NCBI GenBank assembly: GCA_937974565.1
Contig: CALJWL010000058.1
Span: forward strand, 12,567 to 36,566
From: an uncultured Arenicella sp.
GTDB lineage: Bacteria; Pseudomonadota; Gammaproteobacteria; Arenicellales; Arenicellaceae
Direction of reading: 5' to 3'
DNA: 24,000 nt
Below the pieces are notes generated by a model. That model worked only from the letters and a program-made list of their open reading frames with translations, had not been told where the DNA came from and did no database searches. This document shows, piece after piece, positions 1 through 8,241 of this stretch (within the stretch, counting starts at the first letter, position 1; every line of letters begins with the position of its first letter). Position numbers and translations under genes: made by a program.

Positions 1-2672
1 CCCAACGGCGGAATACTGGGCGGCGGCGTACCGGTTGCCGAGGCCATATTGCTCACTATACCCGCATCAATATCTGATTGGGTAATGGTGTACGTTGCGG
101 TACAAATTACGATATCGCCAGGGTCTAGGCTAGCGATACCTGCGGGACAATTAATCGAGCCATTATTCGGCGCGTCGGTAATCAAAGGGTCGCTAACCAC
201 CGCATTGCTTAACGTTACGTTGCCGGTATTTTCAACTTCAAATGAATAAACAATGGTATCACCCTCATCAACCACGTTTGAAAGCACGCCGTTAGCCGTG
301 GTAGGCAAGGTGGAAGATTTATCCAGCGCAATGGCGGCATTTTGCTGTGCGTTCGCTAAATTGCTTGCCGTATTACTGGGGCTGGCTAAGCCTGTAGACG
401 GTGGAGGAGTGCCACTGCCTATGGCCATGTTTGCCACTTCACCAATATTTACGTCATTCTGATCAACGGTGTAAACGCATTGAAATACCCATGTTTCACC
501 CGCTTCCATTTCCCCGGCAACACCAAAATCACCACTTTGAAAACCGTTCGTCAATGTCAAAGGGCCCGCTGGAGTTTCACAAATTGGGTCGACAACTTGA
601 GGAGAGGTTAACGTCACATTACCGGTATTACTGAGTTCAAAAGTGTAGGTGATTGGGTCGCCGTCACTGGCTGGGTTCGGCAATGACGTAGCCGACTTAA
701 TCAAAGAAACAGACGCTTCTTGGGTAAACCCAGAAGTAACGGTATCCGAATCAGCAATGGTGGCACCTGCTGGGTCTGCACTAATGACAGAACCGGTATT
801 TTGCACGTTCCCGGCATCCAAATCGAGTTGCGCAATGGTATAAGCAGCCGTGCAAATAACACCGTCACCTACCAACAACGGCGTTGACCCATCATTAAGA
901 AACGGGTTGCCTAATTTTGTGGTCGCTGGGCAACTGACATCGGCAATTGAATCACTGATGATGACTGCATTTAATGTGGTATTACCGGTATTGTCGACTT
1001 CCAACTGATAATTAATTACGTCACCAGGGTCAACCAGTGTGGCACTGGTGCCATTGGTCACGGTGGGGGCACTGGCCGTCTTACTTATCTCTATTGCCGA
1101 ATCAGCATCAATGCTTTGTTGAGCAACCGATGGTAGCGAGGTTACGGTTGCAGAACGTGGGTCTAAGCCTTCGGCAATGGCGCTGTTTTCAATCGCATTA
1201 GCGCCACCTGCGATTGCATTATCGACATCGGCCTGCGCCAGCGTATATGTCGCACTGCAACTGGTTGACTGGCCCGGTGTTAACATAGTGAGTGGGCAAC
1301 TGATCGCCGTCAATGAGCCTGCAGCGGCCATGTTGTTAAAGGTGGGGCCGGTGTCCACGATGGCGATTGAGTTCACCGTAACACCGCCGGAATTAGTAAC
1401 GTTAAACGTGTAAACAATGGTATCGCCAGCATCGGTAAACCCCGCATTTACACCCAACCCTGTGGTCGGCGCATCGGCCATTTTGTTTACCGTCAAAGCC
1501 GCATCAAGAGTAATGCCAGTTTGGGCAGAGCTATCTGCCACGGTCGGCAAACTTCCCCCCACTGGCGTGCCCGACGCGGCAGCTGTATTTTCAATTCCAA
1601 CGCTTGTGTTTGCGGCCAAAAACAGGTTGTCAATGTCTTGTTGCGACAAGGTATAGGTGGCCGTTACGGTTTGCGAACTGCCGGGCGCAATGCTAACAGT
1701 AACGGGGCTATAAGCGCTCAACGTATTGGTTGCTGCAACACCATTAAAGGTTGGCCCGTTGTCGATTGGGGCCGCATTATTGATGGTAACGTTTCCGGTA
1801 TTACTGAGTTCGTATGAATACGTTATTTGATCCCCTGCTTGTGAGAATGCGGTGGCGCTGCTAACCGATTTGGCAACGGTCATGGATGGCGCTGGAGCAA
1901 AGCCCGTTTCAACGGTACTCGGTGGCACGGCTGGCAGTGCGGTTGGACCAACAGGGTCACCTGTTGCGGAAGCTGAATTGTCAATCGCGGTCAACGGGTC
2001 TGCCGCTTGCGCCATGGCGTCAACGTCGGCTTGCTGCAATACATACGTGGCTGTAAATACTTGATTGTTTGAAGGAGAAATGCTCGCTGACGTAGGGCTA
2101 AACGCACTTAAGGTTCCGGCCGCTGGCTGGCCATTAAACGTCGGGCCAGAGTCTGTGGGGGTCACATTATTGATCGTAATATTACCCGTATTAGTAACCG
2201 TGTATTGGTACGTTATGGTTTCACCTGCGGCATCAAAACTGGTCGTGGGGCTAACCTCCTTCAACACCGTCATGCTGGGGCTGGGTGTCAGACCCGTCTC
2301 AACGGTGCTGTTAGGAACATTACTTAAAATGCCGTCCACGGGCATACCGGTGGCCGACGCCGTGTTATCTATTGCGGTTAATGGGTCAGTCGCCGCCGCC
2401 ATGTTGTCCAAATCTATTTGGTCTAACACATAAGTCGCACTGAATACTTGACTCTGACCAGGGTTAAGCGTGACGGCAGCAGGTGAAAAAGCGCTCAGCG
2501 TATTTTGCGAAGGGCTGCCGTTAAAAGTAACGCCGCTTGGATCTTCAAGTGGCGTTACTGAAGCAATCACAACGTTACCGGTATTAGTAACATTAAACTC
2601 ATACGTAATGGTATCTCCAGCGGCGCTAAATGACGTAGCCGTGCTGACTGACTTTACCACGCTGAGCGATGG
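1..2672 (-). repeat. Tandem array of at least 7 diverged ~390-nt (~130-aa) coding repeats inside the surface-protein gene
   Basis: On the minus strand, module starts recur at about 2672 (PSLSVVKSV), 2278 (PSMTVLKEV), 1888 (PSMTVAKSV), 1505 (DAALTVNKM), 1103 (DSAIEISKT), 719 (EASVSLIKS) and 338 (AAIALDKSS). Each is followed by GD/GE-x-I-x-Y ... N-T-G-N-V-T. The repeats are diverged at the DNA level and are not identical copies. Confidence 0.8.
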
Positions 2673-3806
2673 CATTGGTGGCTCGGCTACGACAAATGAA
2701 AAGTCCAACACGTCCCTTGAGGAGCAAACACTTTCATTCGCCAATGCGGTGGACGTGGTGTTGGTTAACACCGTGTTAGGCGCAACGGAGGCGTCCACCT
2801 CAGCAATAATGGTTAACACATGAACTTGATTGACGGCCACATTGACGTTATCCCAAACGACTGAATCTTGGGTGCCAAAATTGGTCGTTACATCGCCCGC
2901 CGTGGCCGACGCTGAAATCAGGTTAAGGCCCGCAGGAAGGGTGTCGACCAAATTACCCCCGGTGGCGTTCTCTGGCCCAGCGTTAGACATTTGAATTTCA
3001 AATACAATTTGTTCACCCGGCGCTGGCGAGGTCGCACTTCCAGCCGCCACTCCTTTAATGGTTGCCATGTCTACAAGGTTGATATCAACGCGCGTGCCAT
3101 CAAAGGGAATGTCGCCGTCAGCATCATGAACGTACCAACGCCCACCGGTGGTGGCAAAATAGTTAACGGTCCAGTTAGAAACCCCAGTCCAACTGTACTG
3201 CATGTAACCTTCTTGTTGACCGCCGTTTTGGTTCTGTGTGCCTTCGGCTAGAATATTACCGCCCGACTCTGAAACACGAATATTACTCTCACAAGCACTA
3301 TCATTATTCGCATTACAGTTCTGAATAAAATTACCGTTGGTCGTGTAAGAAGTCAGCCCACGACAGGCGGCAGAAACGCTCTCGATTGGGCTTCCACCAT
3401 TCCCATCAATGTCGGTAATTAAAAAATTGGGATCTCCTGATATAGGCGCGCCGGTCGCAGCATTGAACACCTCCCACAGCACAGTCGAAGACAAGGTACC
3501 CGTATTCGCCCGTACAACGGGGTTATCGCCACTGGTAAAAAAACGAACGCTGTCGCCCGCCGAAATGCTGGTCAACGTTGCCCGAAGACTGATTGGCACG
3601 CCACCCACGGTCCCTGCATTGGGCCAGAACTGCGTGTCTCCAACGGCGGTGGCATTGACCGTCGCAGGTGGGTTGGTGATTGATATCAGCATGGTTTGCG
3701 CGGCGGAAACGCCAGATAACACCATCAACATTAACGCCAAAACCAAGACGAACCCGGCCTTCAAAACAACTGAACCGGTTCGCACTACCGTGCCTGAATC
3801 ACACAT
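1..3806 (-). CDS. Large secreted repeat-domain surface protein (DUF11 / 'conserved repeat domain' type, adhesin-like). About 1268 N-terminal codons are present; the 3' end runs off the window.
   Basis: Missing from the ORF track because no stop codon lies in the window. Manual minus-strand translation from the ATG at 3806-3804 gives MCDSGTVVRTGSVVLKAGFVLVLALMLMVLSGVSAAQT..., which looks like a signal peptide. I saw no stop from 3806 down to about 1620. The frame was spot-checked as consistent at 3302, 1505, 1103, 719 and 338. One classical DUF11-like module is present (GEQIVFEIQMSNAGPENATGGNLVDTLPAGL). It is followed by repeated modules with the core G-D-x-I-x-Y-x-[FY]-x-[VL]-x-N-[TS]-G-N-V-T. 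Confidence 0.85.
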   Translation of the reverse strand, partial: MCDSGTVVRTGSVVLKAGFVLVLALMLMVLSGVSAAQTMLISITNPPATVNATAVGDTQFWPNAGTVGGVPISLRATLTSISAGDSVRFFTSGDNPVVRANTGTLSSTVLWEVFNAATGAPISGDPNFLITDIDGNGGSPIESVSAACRGLTSYTTNGNFIQNCNANNDSACESNIRVSESGGNILAEGTQNQNGGQQEGYMQYSWTGVSNWTVNYFATTGGRWYVHDADGDIPFDGTRVDINLVDMATIKGVAAGSATSPAPGEQIVFEIQMSNAGPENATGGNLVDTLPAGLNLISASATAGDVTTNFGTQDSVVWDNVNVAVNQVHVLTIIAEVDASVAPNTVLTNTTSTALANESVCSSRDVLDFSFVVAEPPMPSLSVVKSVSTATSFSAAGDTITYEFNVTNTGNVVIASVTPLEDPSGVTFNGSPSQNTLSAFSPAAVTLNPGQSQVFSATYVLDQIDLDNMAAATDPLTAIDNTASATGMPVDGILSNVPNSTVETGLTPSPSMTVLKEVSPTTSFDAAGETITYQYTVTNTGNITINNVTPTDSGPTFNGQPAAGTLSAFSPTSASISPSNNQVFTATYVLQQADVDAMAQAADPLTAIDNSASATGDPVGPTALPAVPPSTVETGFAPAPSMTVAKSVSSATAFSQAGDQITYSYELSNTGNVTINNAAPIDNGPTFNGVAATNTLSAYSPVTVSIAPGSSQTVTATYTLSQQDIDNLFLAANTSVGIENTAAASGTPVGGSLPTVADSSAQTGITLDAALTVNKMADAPTTGLGVNAGFTDAGDTIVYTFNVTNSGGVTVNSIAIVDTGPTFNNMAAAGSLTAISCPLTMLTPGQSTSCSATYTLAQADVDNAIAGGANAIENSAIAEGLDPRSATVTSLPSVAQQSIDADSAIEISKTASAPTVTNGTSATLVDPGDVINYQLEVDNTGNTTLNAVIISDSIADVSCPATTKLGNPFLNDGSTPLLVGDGVICTAAYTIAQLDLDAGNVQNTGSVISADPAGATIADSDTVTSGFTQEASVSLIKSATSLPNPASDGDPITYTFELSNTGNVTLTSPQVVDPICETPAGPLTLTNGFQSGDFGVAGEMEAGETWVFQCVYTVDQNDVNIGEVANMAIGSGTPPPSTGLASPSNTASNLANAQQNAAIALDKSSTLPTTANGVLSNVVDEGDTIVYSFEVENTGNVTLSNAVVSDPLITDAPNNGSINCPAGIASLDPGDIVICTATYTITQSDIDAGIVSNMASATGTPPPSIPPL

Positions 3807-4194
3807 TATTATGCTCTTTTTTTATGAATGAACGTCCCACATGATTGGCTAACTTAACAACTGATTTACCCGGATTATTAAAAGCTTGATGTCCGGCTGG
3901 CCAAAGCGGTTTCGTTTGGTATGAAGAATCTTATGTCGTGCCTCTTCGATTCATGAAACTTTAGCACGGCACGCTATGGCCCGCATTGAATTTACGACAC
4001 TTGTGGAATATTTTTATGATTTTTTACAATCAAAAAACACATAAAATCAGCTCAAACTCAATAAAATGAGCTAACAAGAAAAAGCGCCTTTGGCACAACA
4101 TGACGTAACTTTACATACATAATAGCCCCTGAAATGGTCTAAACAGTGACACCATGTGAACCGTCTCCTTTACATAGCTTGCTGAAATTTCAAA

Positions 4195-4644
4195 CTATTC
4201 AGCAAGCAGTTCTGGCCAGTTTTTATCCGCTTCTTTTATGTAACTGGCTTTCCGTTCCAACCATTTTTCATTAATACTTTGATTGTAATTTAGATACAGC
4301 TTACCGTCATGAATGGTGAACAATTCAGGTTTAATCGATGCCGTGGTGTTTTGCGACACCGCATAGGCACAGTAACCGCCGTATTGGGGCTCGTACTTTT
4401 CTGGGTTGGCCTGAAACAGTTCCAAATTTTCTTGGGTGGAGAATAACCAAGTCGCGCCTTTATGTTCAAGGCTATAGTCACTCACGCCTTTTACCGGTTT
4501 GTTCTCTGTAAAGTAAGCCACGGTGTCGTAACCTTTGATTGCTTTACTTGAAAAAAAGCCGGTGTAAATGGGGTCCAACGCCAGCGCATTGAGACTGGTT
4601 AACGATAACAAGGCGCCAACAACGGCGATATAAAAAAACTTCAT
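4195..4644 (-). CDS. Periplasmic YHS-domain protein (Cys form of the 'YHS domain-containing (seleno)protein' family)
   Basis: 149 aa. ATG start with a GGGAG Shine-Dalgarno sequence. Signal peptide MKFFYIAVVGALLSLTSLNALA. Family-like motifs GYDTVAYF, KGATWLFSTQENLELFQANPEKYEPQYGGYCAYAV. Confidence 0.7.
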   Translation of the reverse strand: MKFFYIAVVGALLSLTSLNALALDPIYTGFFSSKAIKGYDTVAYFTENKPVKGVSDYSLEHKGATWLFSTQENLELFQANPEKYEPQYGGYCAYAVSQNTTASIKPELFTIHDGKLYLNYNQSINEKWLERKASYIKEADKNWPELLAE

Positions 4645-4755
4645 AAAAACTCCCTAACTCGGATCATAACCCCAACATTAACAGCCCAGGTTCAATCGGT
4701 CACCTGCGGATCACTGAAGGCGTGCTTATCACTCTTCGTTTGCCACAGTAATGGT

Positions 4756-5538
4756 TTATTTCAATCGCACAAAGTCATCGAGTTTTTCGGCCACCAATTT
4801 CTGGCAATGCTTAGCACACTCTTTTCTTGTGGAAAATTCATCAATATAACAGACCGGATGAAAATGAATCTTAGCACCAACCTTCTTGCGTGGCATCAGA
4901 CCTAAAAAATGCGACAAAAAAGGCATGGTCGCATACCACGCGTAGTGATCACGCGTTCGTTGATTGTCAATTAACTCGCCGTTGTAGTGGGTATAAGCCA
5001 CCGTCACAGGCTGTATTGTAACGCGTTTGCCACTGGGTAGATTGGCGGCCTCTAAAAGAGACGATTTAAAAGACTCCACGTGTGTGCCATTGGTGCTTGT
5101 GCCTTCAGGAAACAGGGTTAAACTGTTGCCTTGCTCTAAGTGATCTTTCAATATTTGCAGCTGTTGTTTGGCCCTACCGGCTTTACGTTCAATAAATAAA
5201 GTGTTTTGAAACTTTGATAGCGCTCCTAATACAGGCCATGATGCCACTTCGGATTTGGCTATAAAGTAGGCCGGCAACTGCCCTAGTACAAATACGTCTA
5301 TATAAGAAACGTGGTTGCTTAAATACAGAGTCGGGCGCGCGCTACTCATCTGCCCGCTGGTGGTCACTCGTATTCCTAAAATACGACACACACCGGCATG
5401 AAACACGTGCGGCAGTTGTGCGTGTCTAGGAATACGCATAAGCCGACAAAGCATATACACCAATGGCATGGTTACAATCCACAATACCATCAATGTAATT
5501 CGTATTAGGCCGACTAAATAGTTTTTTTGATCAGGCAT
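4756..5538 (-). CDS. Lysophospholipid (1-acyl-glycerol-3-phosphate type, PlsC family) acyltransferase; OlsA-like O-acyltransferase partner of the upstream GNAT gene
   Basis: H(X)4D acyltransferase motif NHVSYID and the FPEGTSTNG block, with an N-terminal membrane helix. The start is placed at the ATG at 5538 (MPDQKNYLVGLIR...). The ORF track's longer form starts at a GTG at 5595 and adds 19 Cys/His-rich residues with no Shine-Dalgarno sequence. The start is uncertain. Confidence 0.8.
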   Translation of the reverse strand: MPDQKNYLVGLIRITLMVLWIVTMPLVYMLCRLMRIPRHAQLPHVFHAGVCRILGIRVTTSGQMSSARPTLYLSNHVSYIDVFVLGQLPAYFIAKSEVASWPVLGALSKFQNTLFIERKAGRAKQQLQILKDHLEQGNSLTLFPEGTSTNGTHVESFKSSLLEAANLPSGKRVTIQPVTVAYTHYNGELIDNQRTRDHYAWYATMPFLSHFLGLMPRKKVGAKIHFHPVCYIDEFSTRKECAKHCQKLVAEKLDDFVRLK

Positions 5539-5657
5539 GCTTATATGAGATGTTGTTGATCTTTCATGGACGGCGCACAAACATGGACGACACACAAACA
5601 GTACATCAGACGTTAACCGAATGCACTCGTCACGAATAGACGCTGGTTAAAACCATG

Positions 5658-6473
5658 TTAACCATCAATCGACTTATTAACCAGAGCGTGATTGGTATTG
5701 AACATTTCGTTAGCGTCTACGTATATTGCTACAAATGTGGTGTTAAACACGGGGTCAATAATTGCGTGTTCACTGATTCGAGCGCCAATTTTTAAATAAC
5801 CACGCAGCATGGTAGGCACCTTGCCACGCTCTTTTCCTTTACCCGGTTGTTGTCTAAAGTCGGCGATATCCACACTACTCACTTGCGCTTTAGGTATTGG
5901 CATCAGTGCGGGCGACGCCAAATGTTTATCGTAAAGGTACGAAAGAATTTCAGTGTGTTTACGATAGTCCGTGCCCTTGAAGCTGGCGCAGCCAAACAGC
6001 ACTTCGTAACCGTTATGTTCGATGAACTGCATTGTGAACTTCCAGATAAGCATCAAAATTGCCCCACCTCGCCCCTCGGGGGAGACGCAAGCGCGGCTGA
6101 GTTCTAGAATTTTGCCGTATGAGTTTCTTAAGCCATCTAAGTTAAACGCATGTTCGGTGTAAAACTCTTGGCTTTCTAACAGTGCCACACTACTGACCAA
6201 TCGCACCGTGCCAACAACACGGTTATCAGCTCTGGTGTCTACCACAACCACATGGTAGGCAATGTCATCCCACTCGTCCTCTTCTCGTTCAGTATTCAGC
6301 ATCTCTGGCGTAATCTTGCCACCGCTCTCGCGAAACAGTACTTCGTATCGAAGTTTCTGGGCCGAATGCACTTCATCATCACTTTGCGCCAAACGAACAT
6401 CATAACGACCTGCTGACATACTACCAGCGATCAGTTTAGTCATCTGTTTGAAAATTTTAGGTTTAATTGCCAT
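5658..6473 (-). CDS. GNAT-family N-acyltransferase of the OlsB / 'hemolysin-like' N-acyl amino acid synthase type
   Basis: 271 aa. YDVRLAQSDDEVHSAQKLRYEVLFRE ... EDEWDDIAYHVVVVD ... ELSRACVSPEGRGG matches the pattern I recall for OlsB-type lyso-ornithine-lipid synthases. It lies directly upstream of a PlsC-family gene, as in olsBA operons. Confidence 0.75.
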   Translation of the reverse strand: MAIKPKIFKQMTKLIAGSMSAGRYDVRLAQSDDEVHSAQKLRYEVLFRESGGKITPEMLNTEREEDEWDDIAYHVVVVDTRADNRVVGTVRLVSSVALLESQEFYTEHAFNLDGLRNSYGKILELSRACVSPEGRGGAILMLIWKFTMQFIEHNGYEVLFGCASFKGTDYRKHTEILSYLYDKHLASPALMPIPKAQVSSVDIADFRQQPGKGKERGKVPTMLRGYLKIGARISEHAIIDPVFNTTFVAIYVDANEMFNTNHALVNKSIDG

Positions 6474-6615
6474 GATAATTCAGTAAAAGGATGGGTAAGA
6501 GTGTTAGGAAAAAATGGACGGTTAGTCAAAACAGTGAACAATTTAAATGACTCGATCAAATACGGCAATGATAAAGTATCGTTAAACACAGCAGGTGCTT
6601 AAGAAAAGTCTGACT

Positions 6616-7398
6616 TCAACGTACCGCCGCCGTGGCCTCCATTGAGATCACGGCTTTTTTCACGTCATTGGGAACCAGCGGCAAGGTAATGGCGTCTGAT
6701 AACGCCACTTCACAAGGAGGGCCGTCAGCATAACGAAATGATATTTCGCCATTGGCAACACGAACATGGCTTAAGCTAACGGTTTGAGCATCTTTACGAT
6801 GCATGCAAACAGAGTCTTTCGAACGGTTTGGAAGGTGGCTTGAGTGATAAGCAATATACTGCTCTGCCGATTCCGATTTATCAAGTTCCAAGTCCACAAA
6901 TAATTTTTTACGCAATGCCTTTACATTTTTTGCGTCCACCGATGAGGACGACTTGGGCACAGACGCATTGTGTTCAATTCTTGCTTTGTGCCCATCCCAA
7001 ACCAATAAAAGGTTATCTCCAGAAGGCTCTATAATGAACATGCGAAATGCACGGTAATCTTCTAAAACCATGGACTCAAACATGCTTTTAGCTTGAACAA
7101 GTTCAGTGATATTAGAGAATTGCCTGACTATCGCACCGCGGCTGGTCCAATTTTTATACGTTTCAATCTGCTCAAATTGATAGTGATTTAATAAACAAAC
7201 TGTCAAACCATGCTCATTAGTGGCTATCCACGTACCACCGGCATCTACGTCTGTGGGTGAAATATAACTAATATCACGATCGACGTTATTGTGGTGTTGG
7301 ATTGTTGGCAGTAAAGCACGACTGCGTGTTAAACGCTCATCTCGATTAAAAAATAAGTCGTAACCGTCGTCATGAACAAACCATGTCATTGTGCACAT
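6616..7398 (-). CDS. NRDE-family (TANGO2-like, predicted N-terminal-Cys hydrolase fold) protein
   Basis: 260 aa beginning MCT...FFNRDE, that is Cys2 plus the literal NRDE motif. It also has DAGGTWIATNEHGLTVCLLN. A strong AAGGAG Shine-Dalgarno sequence sits 5 nt upstream of the ATG at 7398. The gene overlaps the upstream gene by 13 nt. Confidence 0.8.
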   Translation of the reverse strand: MCTMTWFVHDDGYDLFFNRDERLTRSRALLPTIQHHNNVDRDISYISPTDVDAGGTWIATNEHGLTVCLLNHYQFEQIETYKNWTSRGAIVRQFSNITELVQAKSMFESMVLEDYRAFRMFIIEPSGDNLLLVWDGHKARIEHNASVPKSSSSVDAKNVKALRKKLFVDLELDKSESAEQYIAYHSSHLPNRSKDSVCMHRKDAQTVSLSHVRVANGEISFRYADGPPCEVALSDAITLPLVPNDVKKAVISMEATAAVR

Positions 7399-7973
7399 GC
7401 AGACTCCTTTATCGCTGCCAAAGCTTGGTCACCGCAACTTTCATTGTGTACACGTGTTGCGATTGCTACACCAAAATCTTCATCAGGCTGATTCCCAAAC
7501 GCGCGAGTCATGGCACCAATGATGGCGTAGTGGTGGACCGTGTGCGACTGCAAGAAAAGTAACTCTCGATTCAAATTAGTCTGAATCTGTCTGGATGCTT
7601 GCTCATCCTCTATGAAAAACTCTACACCCACGTTTGGATTAGCCAACACACTGAGTGACTCAATTAACTCATCAATAGTACGTAAGGCGTAACCTGAATC
7701 ACATTCAAGCAATTGGTCACGCTCACGTTTATCATAACAAAATGTCCCACCGACTATTTGGGTAGAAAAGCAACGATAATGCTCCAGCACATGACGAAAA
7801 TGAGCGCCAATAGTACTTTGGAAAGCGGGCTTGAAACCTTGAGTGTACTGATCTTTTTGCAGTAACCGGATAAGTTCAGCGCCCTCTTCAAGGCCTTGAA
7901 TATTGCTGTCTATTAGTTGTTGGTCGGGGCTCTTTTCCGATCGACGGTGTGATTTTTCTGAAACGATAGACAA
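7386..7973 (-). CDS. DinB-like (four-helix-bundle, His-rich putative metal-binding) protein of unknown function
   Basis: 195 aa. TTG start preceded by AAGAGAG. There is no internal ATG until residue ~150. His clusters GAHFRHVLEHY and SHTVHHYAIIGAM resemble the DinB-superfamily His triad. The function call is weak; the coding call is good. Confidence 0.55.
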   Translation of the reverse strand: MSIVSEKSHRRSEKSPDQQLIDSNIQGLEEGAELIRLLQKDQYTQGFKPAFQSTIGAHFRHVLEHYRCFSTQIVGGTFCYDKRERDQLLECDSGYALRTIDELIESLSVLANPNVGVEFFIEDEQASRQIQTNLNRELLFLQSHTVHHYAIIGAMTRAFGNQPDEDFGVAIATRVHNESCGDQALAAIKESACAQ

Positions 7974-8241
7974 AACGTGCTCTCTTTTTTAGCTTTTAAT
8001 ACTCTAGCCGTATTTTTTATATAGGGTTATAGACCCACAAACGGCCGCTCCGCTTGCACCTTGTCATAAATTAACAGTTAGTGCCTATAAACGTAACTAT
8101 ACAGTGACTCAGTACTCTATTATAGAACAAGCGGCACAAACACTTAAGGCACCTTTGCGAAATTCAGGTTGTCTGAGCAAATCGTGTGCAAAAATTAACA
8201 AAAATCTAATCATATCTGTTGAGGCAACACGACATTGCCAC

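Noticed and set aside
49-3831. Fifteen plus-strand ORFs of 64-140 aa listed in the track (for example 2065-2433, 2470-2823, 3409-3831).
   Set aside because: They are antisense to a continuous 3.8-kb minus-strand reading frame that has a signal peptide and recognisable DUF11-type repeats. Their translations are low-complexity Ala/Val/Ser/Thr/Pro strings that repeat with the same ~390-nt period. They are shadow ORFs.
4177-4207. The 10-bp perfect inverted repeat (GCTTGCTGAA ... TTCAGCAAGC) at the end of the YHS gene, considered as an intrinsic terminator.
   Set aside because: In the transcribed (minus) orientation it is followed by TATGTAAAGG, not a U-tract, and half of the stem is coding sequence. 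It may stabilise the mRNA 3' end, but it cannot be called a terminator.
4290-4481. 63-aa minus-strand ORF overlapping the YHS-domain gene in another frame. Also the ORFs at 5847-6107, 6828-7034, 10774-11007, 11438-12085, 13777-14383, 14981-15304 and 15566-15751.
   Set aside because: Each is embedded in a longer gene with strong family signatures, and none shows independent coding evidence.
5539-5595. GTG-initiated N-terminal extension (MCRPCLCAVHERSTTSHIS) of the PlsC-family acyltransferase.
   Set aside because: There is no Shine-Dalgarno sequence, the composition is odd and Cys/His-rich, and the membrane helix typical of the family's N-terminus begins just after the ATG at 5538. I kept the shorter form, but the start remains uncertain.
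7387-7389. Alternative NRDE start at the second ATG, which would give the classic 4-nt ATGA overlap with the upstream stop.
   Set aside because: It would remove Cys2, the conserved N-terminal nucleophile of the family. The AAGGAG Shine-Dalgarno sequence is spaced correctly for the ATG at 7398 and not for 7389.
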